DNA of 63,571 bases, filler included, from Stramenopiles sp. TOSAG23-6 (taxonomy: Eukaryota), in the NCBI GenBank assembly GCA_900128565.1. It is 29 parts of 29 records of this genome, joined end to end, with 100 filler letters (N's around TTAATTAATTAA, not from the genome) between each part and the next. Parts side by side here need not be neighbours in the genome. Positions count along the whole stretch, not along the records: positions 24,253 to 26,352 come from LT638308.1; positions 26,453 to 28,550 come from LT638309.1; positions 28,651 to 30,747 come from LT638310.1; positions 30,848 to 32,943 come from LT638311.1; positions 33,044 to 35,139 come from LT638312.1; positions 35,240 to 37,334 come from LT638313.1; positions 37,435 to 39,527 come from LT638314.1; 22 more parts are not named here. One strand, written 5' to 3'. This document shows positions 24,252-38,471 of the stretch, piece after piece. Every line of letters begins with the position of its first letter. Position 1 is the first letter of the stretch. The notes beneath the pieces were generated by a model. The model did no database searches and was not told the DNA's origin. It was given only the letters and a program-made list of their open reading frames with translations. The position numbers and the translations under genes are program-made.

Positions 24252-24856
24252 NGATTGAATCTGCAGCTATTGCTGGTTTTCCAATGGCTATTGCATATTG
24301 TACATATAAGGGTTGGAATGGTTATAAAATGGATAATGAAAAAGCTTTTGAGATGTGTATGGATAATAGTGATTATAGTTATGCTCAATATTATATTGGT
24401 CGTTGGTATCACCGCATAAATTACCGTGGTGACCGGAATCACCCATTTCATCTCAGCTGGCACCCCAGCCAACTTTATTATGGTAATGTTGGTGCTAAAG
24501 ACGAAAAAGAAGTTGATAAAGACGAAAAAGAAGCTTTCAAGTGGTATACAAAATCTGCCAATTTAGGTAATAGTATGGGACAATATAGAGTTGGTTATTG
24601 TTATTATTTTGGTTATGGTGTTGATATAAATCAATTCGAAGCTTTCAAGTGGTATATGAAATCAGCTCTTTTAGGCTATAGTGAAGGACAATGTAAGGTT
24701 GGTGATTGCTATTATTATGGTTATGGTGTTGGTTATGGTGAGTGGGAAGACGTAGAAGAAGGTTTCAGGTGGTGGAATAAATCTGCTAAAGTGGGTAATA
24801 AGAATGCAAAAGAAGTATTGTCATTCATGAAAAAAACAAATGAAGATTGGATTTGA
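24252..24856 (+). CDS. Sel1-like repeat protein
   Basis: Repeated AFKWYxKSAxxG...GQYRVGYCYYFGYGV. Confidence 0.85.
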
Positions 24857-24973
24857 ATAAAATTTATATCTTTCAAAAAAATAAATTATTATGTCATATC
24901 AAAAATTTTTATAAATTTTTAACGAATTTCAAATTAATTATCATCTATATATACTAAAATTATCATCTATACT

Positions 24974-25047
24974 AAAATATGCGTTAAGATCAAACTAGAC
25001 CTTGTGAAGTAAAATATGCGTTAAGATCAAACTAGACCTTGTGAAGT
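24974..25047 (+). repeat. 37-bp direct tandem duplication
   Basis: AAAATATGCGTTAAGATCAAACTAGACCTTGTGAAGT occurs twice. Confidence 0.85.
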
Positions 25048-26452
25048 GAGTACATACGATTAAGAACCAGATTTCGTTTTTTCTTCATAAAGGCAGTGAA
25101 GAAACCATCAAAAAAGAAAAGCAAAGAAAGGAAATGGTTGGGTAATAAACTTTGTGAAGATGAGTCAGAATTTCCCCTGAGAACGTCCGTGGTAGTTGTC
25201 CTGAATGCAATACTCCATTTGTATCATCATTTTTGTCATTATATTTGTACATTTTGGTATTATTTTCATTAGGGTCAGGACTGTAACTAGTGCCAGAAAG
25301 ACTGTTGGAGAATAACTCATCGCATGTTCGTTTTGACTCTTGATATTGATGTTGAAGTCTATTCACTGCTACAATGGTATTATAAGCCAAATGCCAAAGT
25401 TGTAAACTTTTATTGTGATGACTCTCTGACTTGGTATCAAGCCACGCTGTTGATGATGTACGCTTAAGCATTATAAGTGTTTAACTGACTTGTGTTTACT
25501 GACTAATGAAACACAGTTTTATGATGTAACTATGCGTAAAGTCTATACAATCTATACAATCTCTAATAGAGCATATAGGGTGCTATATGTTTCACAGTTT
25601 ATCCTTCACAAATCTTAATTTAGTGAGTGAATGCCAAGGAGAATCAAATTTCAACAAAATATTGTAATAACGTTCTTTTTACTAGCTTACGTAGGACTAC
25701 TACACTTGAGTTTGTGTTTTTGTGAAAAAGTATTTCGTCCGTTATTTAAAATAACGGTTAACTTTAGCAGCCAATTAGTTAAGTAGAATAATATGTAAGA
25801 ACAGGTCTGTGCAGGATGAGATCGATCGAGATCAGATCGATCGAATACCGTTACACTTGGACTTGAGCTAATTAGTAACTCTTGTTGTTTGTCTTGTTTA
25901 TTACAATCTCTGTTGAAACAAACAACGAGATCCCAATCAATAACAGCGCATATTATTATTGATTGTACGCAGATTAAAATAAACCACATATAAGAGCATA
26001 GTAATATTTTATTATATTAATATATTACAAAAGAGAAAGAATAAGACTATATAATCTATACACGAAATATCAATCATATACCGCCTATACGATAAGTACT
26101 GAATATAAAGTCTAACTCAATTGATTGTGTTATAGCACATACCATTTAAAAACAACAACAAGTAAACGTGAAGAAATATGCCAATTGCTCAAACAAAAGC
26201 AAATCCTCTTGGAATGGCTGTTGTTGCAGTAAAGGACACAAGAGATGAACAATCAAATGTAACTGCACCAACTGATGAAAACTCTAAAGAAGCAGAACAT
26301 CATCATCCTCTGCTACAATTTGAGAAGCAGTTACCGTCACTTGAAACACCAANNNNNNNNNNNNNNNNNNNNNNNNNNNNNNNNNNNNNNNNNNNNTTAA
26401 TTAATTAANNNNNNNNNNNNNNNNNNNNNNNNNNNNNNNNNNNNNNNNNNNN

Positions 26453-27357
26453 AGGTTCTTCTAAAACTGGATTAACTTTTAGTCAACAAGTACCATCAAA
26501 TGCTTTTGATCCTGCAGCTTCTAAATGGGTAAATAATATGGGGCAAACTCCTTATCTTCACTTAGTTGTTTCTTCTAGCAGGAGACGTCGATTGGCTGAA
26601 AAGATTGCGTCTAATACAGCAGTCCAAATTCGTATTGCAGCTGGTACAGTCACAGCTCCGCCTTCAGGAATGACTGAAGATAATAAGGGATTTACTTTCT
26701 CTGTATCAGGATCTTCGACACAATTACCGACTCCGATGGTCACAAAAACACCAGCAATTCCTGGTGTCTCCTCGAGTTCTATTAAAGTACAACTTACACT
26801 CCCGGGCTTCAGAGGAAACAAACAGTTTCTTGAAATAAAATCTCCATCAAAGTTCAGTTCTTTGGAAAAAAGCGAATGGATTCCGGATCAAGAAAAAATG
26901 ATGTTGGAAGCAAATACAGAAGTTGCAGCTGGTGATGTCATAAAGGTCGATATTCCAACGTCGAATCGCATTATGAGTCCTATTGAAGGTATTACAAAAG
27001 ATGATAAAAAATTTAAAATTAGTGTAATTCGCAAAATAAAGCCTGATATTCCAGAGGATTCCATTGGAACGGTACATGAAATTAAGGCGACAAGNNNNNN
27101 NNNNNNNNNNNNNNNNNNNNNNNNNNNNNNNNNNNNNNNNNNAACCTTTGGCGGTGCGTCATCCAGTGAATGGGCCGACATCACTGTTACCTTTCAGTTT
27201 AATACTATTCTTTCTTCTGGGGATCGAGTGCTTGTTAAATTACCAGGCTTTACTGGTTCTAAAACCTCATTCAATTCTCTCAATAATAACAAATTTAGCG
27301 CATCGAATAGTAGTTTTAGCGATATCAGTGGTGTATTAACACTTTTCGTCTCTAGTG
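26453..27357 (+). CDS. Large extracellular beta-rich repeat protein fragment
   Basis: Open frame with repeated xxLPGFxG segments; gapped. Confidence 0.5.
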
Positions 27358-27728
27358 NNNNNNNNNNNNNNNNNNNNNNNNNNNNNNNNNNNNNNNNNNN
27401 NNNNNNNNNNNNNNNNNNNNNNNNNNNNNNNNNNNNNNNNNNNNNNNNNNNNNNNNNNNNNNNNNNNNNNNNNNNNNNNNNNNNNNNNNNNNNNNNNNNN
27501 NNNNNNNNNNNNNNNNNNNNNNNNNNNNNNNNNNNNNNNNNNNNNNNNNNNNNNNNNNNNNNNNNNNCCTTAATAAAAATATTGAAAGTAATGTTGCTGA
27601 CATCGACCTTACATTCAGATTTTCTGAGGAGCTGAGACCTCTTGACAATATCATTGTTAAGCTTCCTGGATTTGATAGTGATAAAAAAAAACGCCACAAA
27701 ATTTGGATATATGGATTACGTAAAAAAT

Positions 27729-28497
27729 TCATGATGAAAACATATATGTACCACCTGCCGCAGTGCATTTCGGTTCTGATGTTTGTGCTTCCTTCGAGCA
27801 AGACGGCTGTAAATCTTCCAAAACAAAAGTTGATTTATTTTCACACGACCCTTCTACTGTAGATCGTTCTTTAATAGGTACATCAAGGTTATATTTACAT
27901 GCTCTTACGTCTTCAGTTGAACTATCGACAACGGATGCAGTTGCAGTGATTGTTTTGTAAAAATGATTATACGCCAATGAATATTCTGTATCCTTCCCCT
28001 TGAAGTTCAATGCAAATTCCTTTGATGCAGCGTTCGGTGAAGTAGCAGAAACAGATACATCTTGAAGTACAATATCGACAGTATATTTCAAACTAACATT
28101 TACAGAGAGTGACTTTGACTTGATTGGAATTTTTGCCTGAGAATCGGAATCCGCAAGTTCAAATTGTAAAGTATGATTTCCAATCCATCCTAATGTTTTT
28201 CCTACCGTGTTTAACTTGATAGAAATGACCGCTTTCTCTTTTTCTCTAGCAGTAAGAACGCCCGACTTAGTACCACTAATCACCATCCAACTTGGTAAAG
28301 GTGTTGAAGTATCAAGTTTCCAAGTAATTGAATAATCTCCTGGATTAGATAATGTAATTATAGATGTCTCTTCGGCAGTGGATTCTACAGAGGTTACAAG
28401 ATTTGATGGAGTCGATTTAGCATAACCACCAGAAATAAGATGGCCACAATCTGCATCAGTCCAACCAGCCTCACATGTACAAACATAAGTCGGACTA
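27729..28497 (-). CDS. EGF-like plus Ig-like surface protein fragment
   Basis: CSPTYVCTCEAGWTDADCG follows a family acceptor ...CACAATATAT and continues into ORF 27729-28286. Confidence 0.6.
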
Positions 28498-28732
28498 CAT
28501 ATATTGTGAAAAAATATTTTTTTTTGTAAAATTTGTTAGGTACGAAATTTNNNNNNNNNNNNNNNNNNNNNNNNNNNNNNNNNNNNNNNNNNNNTTAATT
28601 AATTAANNNNNNNNNNNNNNNNNNNNNNNNNNNNNNNNNNNNNNNNNNNNTGGAAAAATATTTGAAAAAAAATTCGTTAGGTACAAAATTTCGTACGAAA
28701 AAAAATCGAACTTGAAAAAAAAAAAAACATAC

Positions 28733-29991
28733 ATCATTAACAGGAGACATTAAAGGTGGCATTAAAATTTTCATCAATAGATTCATAATGGCATCTAACC
28801 CAGGGATCATCCCCCCCATCATGTTTTGGTGGAAATATGAAAAATTTAAAATATATTACGTACAATACTTGAGAAAAAACAAATGATTTGAAATTAAAAA
28901 AAACTAAAACATGTATCGTACCCGTCACGGACTTGTGATTTTGTTTGTATAAAAGCTGTTTCATGATGTGCTCGTAATACTCGAGCATGCTCTGGATCTA
29001 AATCTCCCTCTCTAAGTCCACAATATTCGGGAAGTGGTGGCACGATGTTACTCCATCCAGACGCTATATTAGGATATCTGGCAAGTGTCCCTAATTTTGC
29101 TGTACCACCCCAATCATTGTGAACTACAGTGATGAGTTGAGGGAAAGGAGAGCCAGGCAGGAATGTATGAATATCACTTTGTGGTAATAATGCGTATTTA
29201 GGTATACTACGACCATTTACATCCTGCAGTTGTCCTAATGGCCAAAGATTTTGTTCAAACTCTGAAAGAAATTCAATTTTGCAATGAGGCATTAACTTTC
29301 GAATTTTTGACATTGAAACTGCTTTGTGTTTTGTAATACTATTTGATAAGAATGGATTTATATGAAGTGTACCATCATCATCTTGTACCTGTAATAAAAG
29401 GACTGCCGAAAAAGTCTTATCAAGATCCTTCCTGTCATTTGATGATATTCCAAGTAAACTATTGTGTGCCAATAAAGAATGAAGTATGTCACTTTCTTCA
29501 TACGTTTGTGGCAATGAACTGAAGTGCCAATGTAAAGGTAAACCAGGTTTTCCACTAAAATCTGTCACATGCGGATTGTTTGAAAGTAATTCATGTGAAG
29601 GGAAAATATTTACTTTGCTACCGTTGCACTTTAAACGAGTTAGTCCATTTAGGTGTGGATTTTCATTGAGTGTTTTGGCGGATGAACTATGCACAGGAGA
29701 CCTAATTGGAAGTGGACTTATATGATATTCCTCGTCTTTAAACCTTTCAAGGAAGACTGCTCGATCAAATTTAACTTGAACGACCATACCCAAGCATGAA
29801 AATTGATGTTGTTCGCCTCGCACGACTTTTAACCGCACAAATTCATATGCAGAGTCTACAACAGCCGGATTTCCACAATTTTTAGCTGTTTGAGTTCCTT
29901 CATTTAACCTTGGCTTACTTTTCAAAGCGACGCAATTGACAATTTTTCTAGAGGTTATTAACAATAAAACAATGGCACAAAGATTAATCAT
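28733..29991 (-). CDS. Hypothetical secreted protein, 5' exons
   Basis: 365-aa ORF with a signal-peptide-like N-terminus, then a degenerate intron and a short exon ending at GTATGT. Confidence 0.5.
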
Positions 29992-30248
29992 ATATGCTCA
30001 AATGATTTTGAATATCCCTTTTCTAGTGAAGTTGAATAAGGTGTGCGTGTTTTAAAATTTAATATATAGCTGCTCGTAAGTCATGTGAACACAGAGAGAC
30101 ACAGGAGAGTCGACACAGGAACAGGAGCGTTTTCATCATTTTTTTTTTTTTCAATCAAATCAAAATCAATCAATCAAATTCAAATTCTAAAATTGATTCA
30201 AAATACAAATTATAGTCGTACAGAATATTAAGTAGCGAATATAATATT

Positions 30249-30747
30249 ATGTCTGTTCTAGGATATATTGCAGCAACAACTGCACCTATTCTCTGTGCAC
30301 TTGGTATTACTGTATGGGATATTTCATGGAAAGGACACCCATATGTACTTAATGCCTTCAAATGTAGTCAAGGAACTTTGATGTTTGTCATAGTTGTCAT
30401 TATCCATGCCGGTATCACAGCTTCATGGCCACAGCAAGACAATATTGTTTATCTGTACCTTTGTATATCTTCAACAATTGGCATAATTTTAGGTGATAAT
30501 GCGTGGCTCATGGCTCTTGAATACCTCGGTACACGAAGGCTAATTATGGTTGACGTTGTTAAACCGTTTATTGCGTCAATATTCGGGTCTTTAATTTTAG
30601 GAGAGCGTGTAACAGTTGGAATTATTCTAGGTATTAGCATTACCATGCTAGGTGTTCTAATAGTTGCTCTTGAAAGTTCACCACAAAATCCGAATAATAT
30701 TCCACCACCAGTGTCACAACCACCAACACTGTCACCGCCACCAGCAC
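30249..30747 (+). CDS. EamA/DMT family transporter fragment
   Basis: SSTIGIILGDNAWLMALEYLG...PFIASIFGSLILGE. Confidence 0.8.
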
Positions 30748-30879
30748 NNNNNNNNNNNNNNNNNNNNNNNNNNNNNNNNNNNNNNNNNNNNTTAATTAAT
30801 TAANNNNNNNNNNNNNNNNNNNNNNNNNNNNNNNNNNNNNNNNNNNNAAATATATATATAATTCAAATAATCAAAAATA

Positions 30880-31658
30880 CATGTGTTTTTTCCACACATT
30901 TTTTCTAATTTTTGTGATAATTCATGATAACGTTGTTTTTGTTGTTCAAGAGAATCTTTGCTATATATGGAACATAACTGTTCATCTGAAGCTTGAATTG
31001 TTTCAATGGAAGAATCATTCGCAAAAGACATTTTTGTTGATGACGTCATAGTTGTTGATGACGTCATAGTTGTTGATAGGTTTGCGTTAATTTCTGTCGT
31101 TTCAACTTCAACTTTAGCTTTTGATGCATTTGAAGAAATATTTGATGAAAGTTTTGAATTTTCATCTTGTGCAGTTTCATACGCTTCCTGAAACAAACTT
31201 TTATTCGTCTCATTTTTAAACCGAATCGCATAGGTAAAATCTTTAGATTCACCATCAGCAAAATCACGTGCATTAAATGATAACGTCCTGTCAGAAGTTT
31301 CATTTGGCATCAATGAAGAATACTGATTGATGATATGGTTAAGAATAACTTTCATGGTTTTTTCTTGTCTCATTAATAACCTATTCTTTTTTGATTGTTT
31401 ATGACGTAATACTTTGACGTTACCCGTGCCACGTTCACGCCAAAATGACGTTCGTGTTTCACCTCCGTACACGTCTTCCTTTACAAAAATAAATAATTTA
31501 CACCGTATAGTAAATACAACATCTTCATCTTCCTCACCTGACTTGATGACTACGTCTTTGAGTTTACTTTTGTCAAAATCAGGTAACTTTAACTTGGACG
31601 AATCAACGTGGTCTTCACCTTCTCCACCTGCACCTGTGAATATTGATGCCATGATCAA
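30880..31658 (-). CDS. RanBP1 (Ran-binding) domain protein with a C-terminal extension
   Basis: KSGEEDEDVVFTIRCKLF...WRERGTGNVKVLRHK...RLLMRQEKTMKVILNH...YAIRF. Confidence 0.85.
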
Positions 31659-32285
31659 AGCAAATATTCAAACTTCTTTACTCTTGAAAATAAACACTTC
31701 TTTGTAGATATAGAAATCTCACTCACAATATAACCCCGTTGATGAAAGTTAAATGACTTTTGTAAGATAAAGTTTTGATCTGCTTGATGAAAAAATATTG
31801 AAATATCTGAAATAACAGTATTATAAAATCAGCGCAGGACTTTAGCGCAGTTTTTGACTGTCGTCGGCCAAAAAAAAAAATTTTTTTGATGTTTATTCAC
31901 TATAGTCTCTTCTCTCTCTGACTCCAAAAAAAAATGGTACATGATTTTGTACTTAAGCTATATAGGCTAATAAGGGTAACCCGGTAACGGAGATCTTTTT
32001 CTTTTGCTCTCCGCGCAAAAATCGATTTAACGGTTAAAACAAAATTTTAGAATTTGTGTGTAGATATAATAAATACTACGAGAGTCCTTTCTACATTTTC
32101 TAGCTACGTAGTTCACTTATTGTATTGAGTACGGTATTGTTTTTTATATTCTAGATATAGTATACGTAGTACTACTCTGATCAACTCTGTAGTGACACAA
32201 ATTCTCTTTGCTTATCAAATTGATTTGCTATAAAACAAGAAAGCATTAAAAGCATCCTCATTCTCTCTGTACAAAATAAATTAGA

Positions 32286-32943
32286 ATGTCGTTTTCTCCA
32301 AAGTCAACACAATTAACAACACCGAAACGTCTAAAGCGTCAAAGAAGGAAACGAATATCACAAGGAAAGCCTACTGGGATAGACACCATTGGTTCAAAGA
32401 AGAAACAAAATACGAGAATGATGCGTAGTAAGAGTTCAAAGAAGAAACAAAATACGAGAATGATGCGTAGTAAGAAAAGGATAGCACCAGTAGTACAAGA
32501 AGAAAACAGAGTCACAGTACATGAAGAAGACAGAGACGTAGCGTTTGTCAATGTAAAGCAGACTTGGAAAAAAAATGATTTACGTGTGCGTACACAAAAA
32601 ACACCGAAAGATTTATATCGAAGAAGAAGGCACCGTTTTGAATCAAAAACTTCAAATGTTACTCATCATCTGAAAAACACTAGACATGATGATTATAATG
32701 AAAAATATCATCTGAAAAACACTAGACATGATGATTATAATGAAAAATATCATCTAAAAAACACTAGACATGATGATTATAATGAAAAATATAGTAGAAG
32801 AAAAAGATATAATGAAAGTAAACGACCAACAAAAACGATTTCACCTATTTTAGAGAAACGACGACACAGAATTAGTGTTAATCAACAGAATAGTCAAAAT
32901 AATACTTTACGTAATAGTCAAAATAATACTTTACGTAATAGTC
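32286..32943 (+). CDS. Basic low-complexity protein with tandem repeats
   Basis: Open frame containing HLKNTRHDDYNEKY x3, SKKKQNTRMMRSK x2 and NSQNNTLR x2. Confidence 0.5.
32667..32792 (+). repeat. 42-bp coding tandem repeat x3
   Basis: CATCT(G/A)AAAAACACTAGACATGATGATTATAATGAAAAATAT. Confidence 0.9.
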
Positions 32944-33109
32944 NNNNNNNNNNNNNNNNNNNNNNNNNNNNNNNNNNNNNNNNNNNNTTAATTAATTAAN
33001 NNNNNNNNNNNNNNNNNNNNNNNNNNNNNNNNNNNNNNNNNNNAATCGTTAGGTACAAAATTACCTACAAAAAAAATTACGTAAAAAAAAAAAAAAAAAA
33101 AAATCCATA

Positions 33110-33960
33110 CATAATGAAAAGATACACGATGTTGTTTTGCTTTACCATTTGAATCACTCCAATTTGATCTGTCTAAAACATTCAAAGGTGGACTCCATTT
33201 TTTTGTCATCGTATTATACCTTTCATTTTCATATATTTCATCTGTTACAATACTCAACTGCATTGCTGATAAATGACAAGAATGTTTATATTTTGATTTT
33301 TCACTTGGTATCGCATATACTAAACCTAATCGAGTGAAATCACATGTATTGTGAAAAAAAATTTAAATTTTTTTTTTAATCGTTAGGTACGAAATTTCGT
33401 ACGAAATCTTTTAAAAAAAAAAAATCATTTTTTCAAAAAAAACGTACGTAACCAAAATTGACTAAATAATTTCAAATTACGTGAATTACCTAAATTCACA
33501 GAATTTTGCATTGAAATAACGAGTGGACTTTGTCGTTGATGTCTTGAATCGGAAGAATCATATAATTTTAAGAGTGTTGGTTCTTCAGACGATTCACCAA
33601 TTGCTATAGGTTCCCATGGGCTCCAATGAAACCCTAATGTTTTAATGGAAATACAACTGTTTTTTGAAGAAATATTTCAAAAAAAAAAAAAAAATTAGTT
33701 TCAAATGTGTTATACTACATTTTTTTTTTTTTTTTTAAAAAAAATTTGAAAATTCGTTAGGTACGAAATTTCGTATGAAAACCAAAAAAAAAAAAATTAA
33801 ATTAGAAAAATAAAACCTACACTCCATGACGTATCGCAAATCGATGAACAGATGTTTGACCTCCAGGGGCCAATGATCCACTAAATGTTGATTGATGAAA
33901 TTGTAAATGATGTTTTTTATTATACTCAAGCTGTTGTTGTTGTTGTTGATGTTTTTTGGA
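33110..33960 (-). CDS. VPS13-like fragment followed by a DysF-like motif
   Basis: LKLFSQFWL-R-DFTRLGLVY across intron 33344-33447 (GT...AT), then EIYENERY...W...DRSNWSD. Confidence 0.45.
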
Positions 33961-34052
33961 CAAATATTTCAAAATTTTTCTATAAAAAAAAAATTGTTAG
34001 GTACAAAATTTTTTTTTTCGTAAAAAAAAAAAAAAAAATGAAGAAAATTTTA

Positions 34053-34091
<39 letters not shown>

Positions 34092-34101
34092 TGGGAAAAA
34101 A

Positions 34102-34135
<34 letters not shown>

Positions 34136-34196
34136 TTTTTTGGTTAAAATTTTTTTTTTTTTTTACGAAAAAAAAAAAAAAATTGTTAGGTACAAA

Positions 34197-34235
<39 letters not shown>

Positions 34236-34316
34236 TTTTTTAGGGACAAAATTTTTTTCAAAAAAAAAAAAAAAAAAAAAATCGATTTTTTTGTAAAAAA
34301 AAAAATAAAATATACA

Positions 34317-34513
34317 TAATTTTTCGTGCTTTCCATCTGTAAATTCCAACAATTACGGACAAGACTAACAAAACAATAATTGAAAAAATAATTAATCCTA
34401 TCTTGATGTTCTCTTCTGATTCACAATCATAACACACTCCCCAATGTATATACATATCTGGAAAAAACACTTTGTTACCAAGCTTACAGAGATGACACAA
34501 TGTATTGTGAAAA

Positions 34514-34553
<40 letters not shown>

Positions 34554-35139
34554 AAATTTTTGAAACAAAAATTTTTTTTTTTTCGAAAAATTTTTTATTT
34601 TTTTTTTTGTAATTCATGATGCAAACGTACATGGCCCCTCATAGTTTTCATGACACATTGTCCATACGTTTACCATATTTTTTATTTGTTTTTCATCTTC
34701 CATCAGTGTTTCTTTAACGGTAGGGTTTTTGTCTCTTTCTTCCATTACATTTTGAACATTTTGAACATTTTGTTTGTGGGTGGGTTCTTTAGGGTTAGGG
34801 TTGGGTTCTAATAATTTCCTAGATGGATTAGGGTTAGGATTTTGTAGATTCTGTGTGAGATTACACCCCAAGCCACGATTTTCTAATGTTTGACACCTAA
34901 TTAATGATAAAACTTGTATTGGTTCTGTGGGAGATGTACTTGATATTTCTTTATCAAATTCAATATATGGTTTTCTATTTAGACTGTCATCAAGTAAAGA
35001 CTTTCGTATAGATTCTAATTGCCAATGTTCGGAATCGATTTGCATATGAATTAATTCTGTTCTTTCATTTTCACATAATGCACCCTCTGGACATCGTATA
35101 CATCGAACACCCAAATTAAGGGAGTTGTATTCATCATTG
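34317..35139 (-). CDS. Cys-rich membrane protein fragment
   Basis: CIRCPEGALC...CHENYEGP-L-CHLC across intron 34500-34630 (GT...AT), then a TM helix. Confidence 0.55.
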
Positions 35140-35239
35140 NNNNNNNNNNNNNNNNNNNNNNNNNNNNNNNNNNNNNNNNNNNNTTAATTAATTAANNNNN
35201 NNNNNNNNNNNNNNNNNNNNNNNNNNNNNNNNNNNNNNN

Positions 35240-37334
35240 ATTCATCTTCAATATCTTCATCATCATAAACAATAAACTGTTTATTATCACGGAGCACTAC
35301 AAGACCCGATTTCCATCGACCATCAACCTTGGCTTGAACACGTCTATCATTCCAGAATTCAGTGGTCGTTTCGTCAATGTTTGTCATTGTAGAAGTAGCT
35401 TTATTTTCGGTATCTTCATTCATTTCAACTGCATCAGTCACATCTTCGTTCATCTCAACTGCATCAGTCACATCTTCATTCATTTCAGCATCGCACATCG
35501 ATTCAAGTTGAATTTTTACAAGGCGTTCAACTAATTCACTTTTTTTCCCACTTGAATCTGCATCAACTTCTTCAAGTTTAGATCTCAAGCTAGATACTTT
35601 TTCTTTCAAAAGTAATGCACGAATTTCAAGTACTACTGTACTATCAGGTAGTTCCACTGATTCATCTTCAATATCTTCATCATCATAAACAATAAACTGT
35701 TTATTATCACGGAGTACTACAAGACCCGATTTCCATCGACCATCAACCTTAGCTTGAACACGTCTATCATTCCAGAATTCAGTGGTCGTTTCGTCAACAT
35801 TTATCTTTTGTATCGTATTCTTATTACTAGCGACTAACGCAGCAACTTCTTCAATTACATGAAATTCTTCTAAAATATCAGATGCAATCGAATCAATTTT
35901 AATTCCTGTATCATTAGCGACATTTTCAAATAATGTGAAAAATATTTCAAATATTTTAAATTTGTTAGGTATATTCTTTGTAGGAAAGAAAAAAAAAAAG
36001 TAAAAATGTAAAAAAACAACATACAATCATCATTTTCAAATTTTCATGAGTCCCAATGGCTTTATCTATCGCAAATTCTCTCTGAGTCATATTGATATCC
36101 TCATCATCATCATCGACACAATTTGTATATTTTTCATTATTCAATTGTTTCTTTTCTTGTATTTCCAATCTGAGTGGTGTTTGCATTCGACGTCGAACAT
36201 CAGCTAGGGCGATTTGTAAATCACCAGAAGTGAGAGTAGCATCATTAATGTCATGGATTCTTTCTTCATATTTTTGAGCATTTTCAATGGCACATCGTAA
36301 AGGTGTTTGCATACGATGATATTTAGTCGTTTCTTCAAGTTTTGATTTCAATACAACTTCAGCAACACGTGCATTATGTATTGCGTCGCGCATTGGAGTT
36401 GCCATTTTATAACGAATTATTTTCATTGGTGTTTCGCCTTTTAAAGGTGTTTCTTGTTGTTCCTGTTGTTCGTCTAATGCTTCATTGAGTTCTTCATGAG
36501 CAACTCGTGCACTTTCAATAGCTACACGCAGAGGTGTTTGCATACGACGACGTTTTGCAACATCAATAGTAACTTGAAGATCATCAGTAATTGAATGCTT
36601 TACAATGTTTTGAATCCGTGATTCTATCGCAGTACGCAGAGGTGTTGCCAAGCGACGAGCTTTCTCTGTATTCGTTTCCAAAGTTATTTTTTTAGAAACA
36701 AGAGAATTTTCATTCTTAATGTTGGCTTCAACAATGGCTGAATTTAACACAACATTGGCTTTAAATGCATCAACGATGGCAGTACGTAACGGTGTGGCCA
36801 TTCTCTTTCGCAATTCTTCACTACTTAATTGTGGTGATTCTGAATGAGTATTCATAATGTGTTGTTCAATTTCAGATCGCAATGGAGTCGCCATTTTTTT
36901 ACGTTTATTTTTTTGTTGAGGTGTTTTTGTATTAATATTGTATTGCTCAATTTCAGATTTTAGTGGAGTTGCCATTTTCTTTCGTAATTCCATAAGAGTC
37001 TCATGTAATTCCACCTTAGTTTCTGATGCTTCATGCATAATGACGTCATTATTTACAACTGTTGATTCCGAACCAATTAAAGGACCGATCCAAGACATTG
37101 CATAATCACGAGCATTTGCCATTGCGGACTGAATAGGTGTCGCTGTTCTTTTTCTCTTTTCGCTGCTTTTGAATTCCGATGGGAGAATTTCTTTATTATT
37201 ACTATTTTTTTTTTCAATCGCTTTACGTAGAGGTGTTGCCATACGTCTTCTTTTTTGTTCTTGTTCAATAGCAACATCTAAGATATCTTCAGCAACACGT
37301 GCATTATGTATTGCNTCACGCATTGGAGTTGCCA
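35240..37334 (-). CDS. Repeat protein with many RRMATPLR motifs, a SAP-like motif and duplicated Tudor-like units
   Basis: ORFs 35965-37323 and 35184-36026 are joined in frame by intron 35928-36024 (GT...TT). Confidence 0.65.
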
Positions 37335-38471
37335 NNNNNNNNNNNNNNNNNNNNNNNNNNNNNNNNNNNNNNNNNNNNTTAATTAATTAANNNNNNNNNN
37401 NNNNNNNNNNNNNNNNNNNNNNNNNNNNNNNNNNTACNAAAAAAAAATCGAACTTGAATTTTTTTTTTGAAAACATTGAAAAAAAACGTACATGCTATAT
37501 TCTTTTTTCTTGTGGGTGTTTCTCGTAAAAATATAATAGATAATATGTATACTACAGCAGCAACACTTTGATATATTGCATTATTAAGTGATACTATTGT
37601 TAAAACTAGAGATCTAGACCAAACATAATCAGACAGAAATAGACAAAAATTGAGAAGAATTGCAAAAGAGACACGTTGCTTACTAGGACAATATATTGTG
37701 TTTGTTGTTGTTCGGGTGTTTGTTATGTTGTTTGTTGTGTTGTTTGTTGTGTTGTTTGTTATGTTGTTTGTTGATGAATTGAAAATTGGTGCACACTTTG
37801 ACCACTTTGAAACACACAAAGAATATAATATACGTATTGGAACAATAGGTAAAAACAGAAAATAACAGTGAATAATCCAAGTTATTGCGTACGGTTTTGG
37901 ATAAGAAGTTTGTATATTCTGTACTAATTCACCAAGTGCAGCCCATGAAGACACTACAATCAGTAAACATATACTNCCATGAATAATTGAAGACACTTTC
38001 ATTGTTGTATNTTNTTGTGTGTGATATCTTACAGTGCCTTTGAATATGAATGAATAATGAATGAACAGAGAGAGAGAGAGAGAGAGAGATTATNATTTCT
38101 CTCTGATATATTTTGAAAACATCAAAAAAACACGGTATTCTTTTTTTTTTNTACTCTCTCTCACTCCACACAAAATAAATTGATAAATTGAAAATTTCAA
38201 TATATTTTCAATCAGTTGACTTGACGACGGATTAGTCAAAAGNAAGAAGAATTTCATGAAAATTAGTAAAAAACTAAGAGATTGATAAGGACACAGAACA
38301 ATGTCATACAGTCAAATGACAAAATAATTCAAAACTTTGAGTCGGAAATAAAAAAAATAAAAAAAAATAAACAAAACAATTTGAAATCTTTGTTGTTCAT
38401 TCACGTTTTCAAAAAGTATTCAAAAAGTATTCTTTTAAAGTATATATCATTTTTATAGTATGCCTGTTTTA

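Noticed and set aside
33885-34632. ORFs rich in F/K runs with recurring VRNFVPN, YEILYLT, LGTKFRT or KYFSKI peptides
   Set aside because: These are translations of the intron family and its homopolymers, not proteins.
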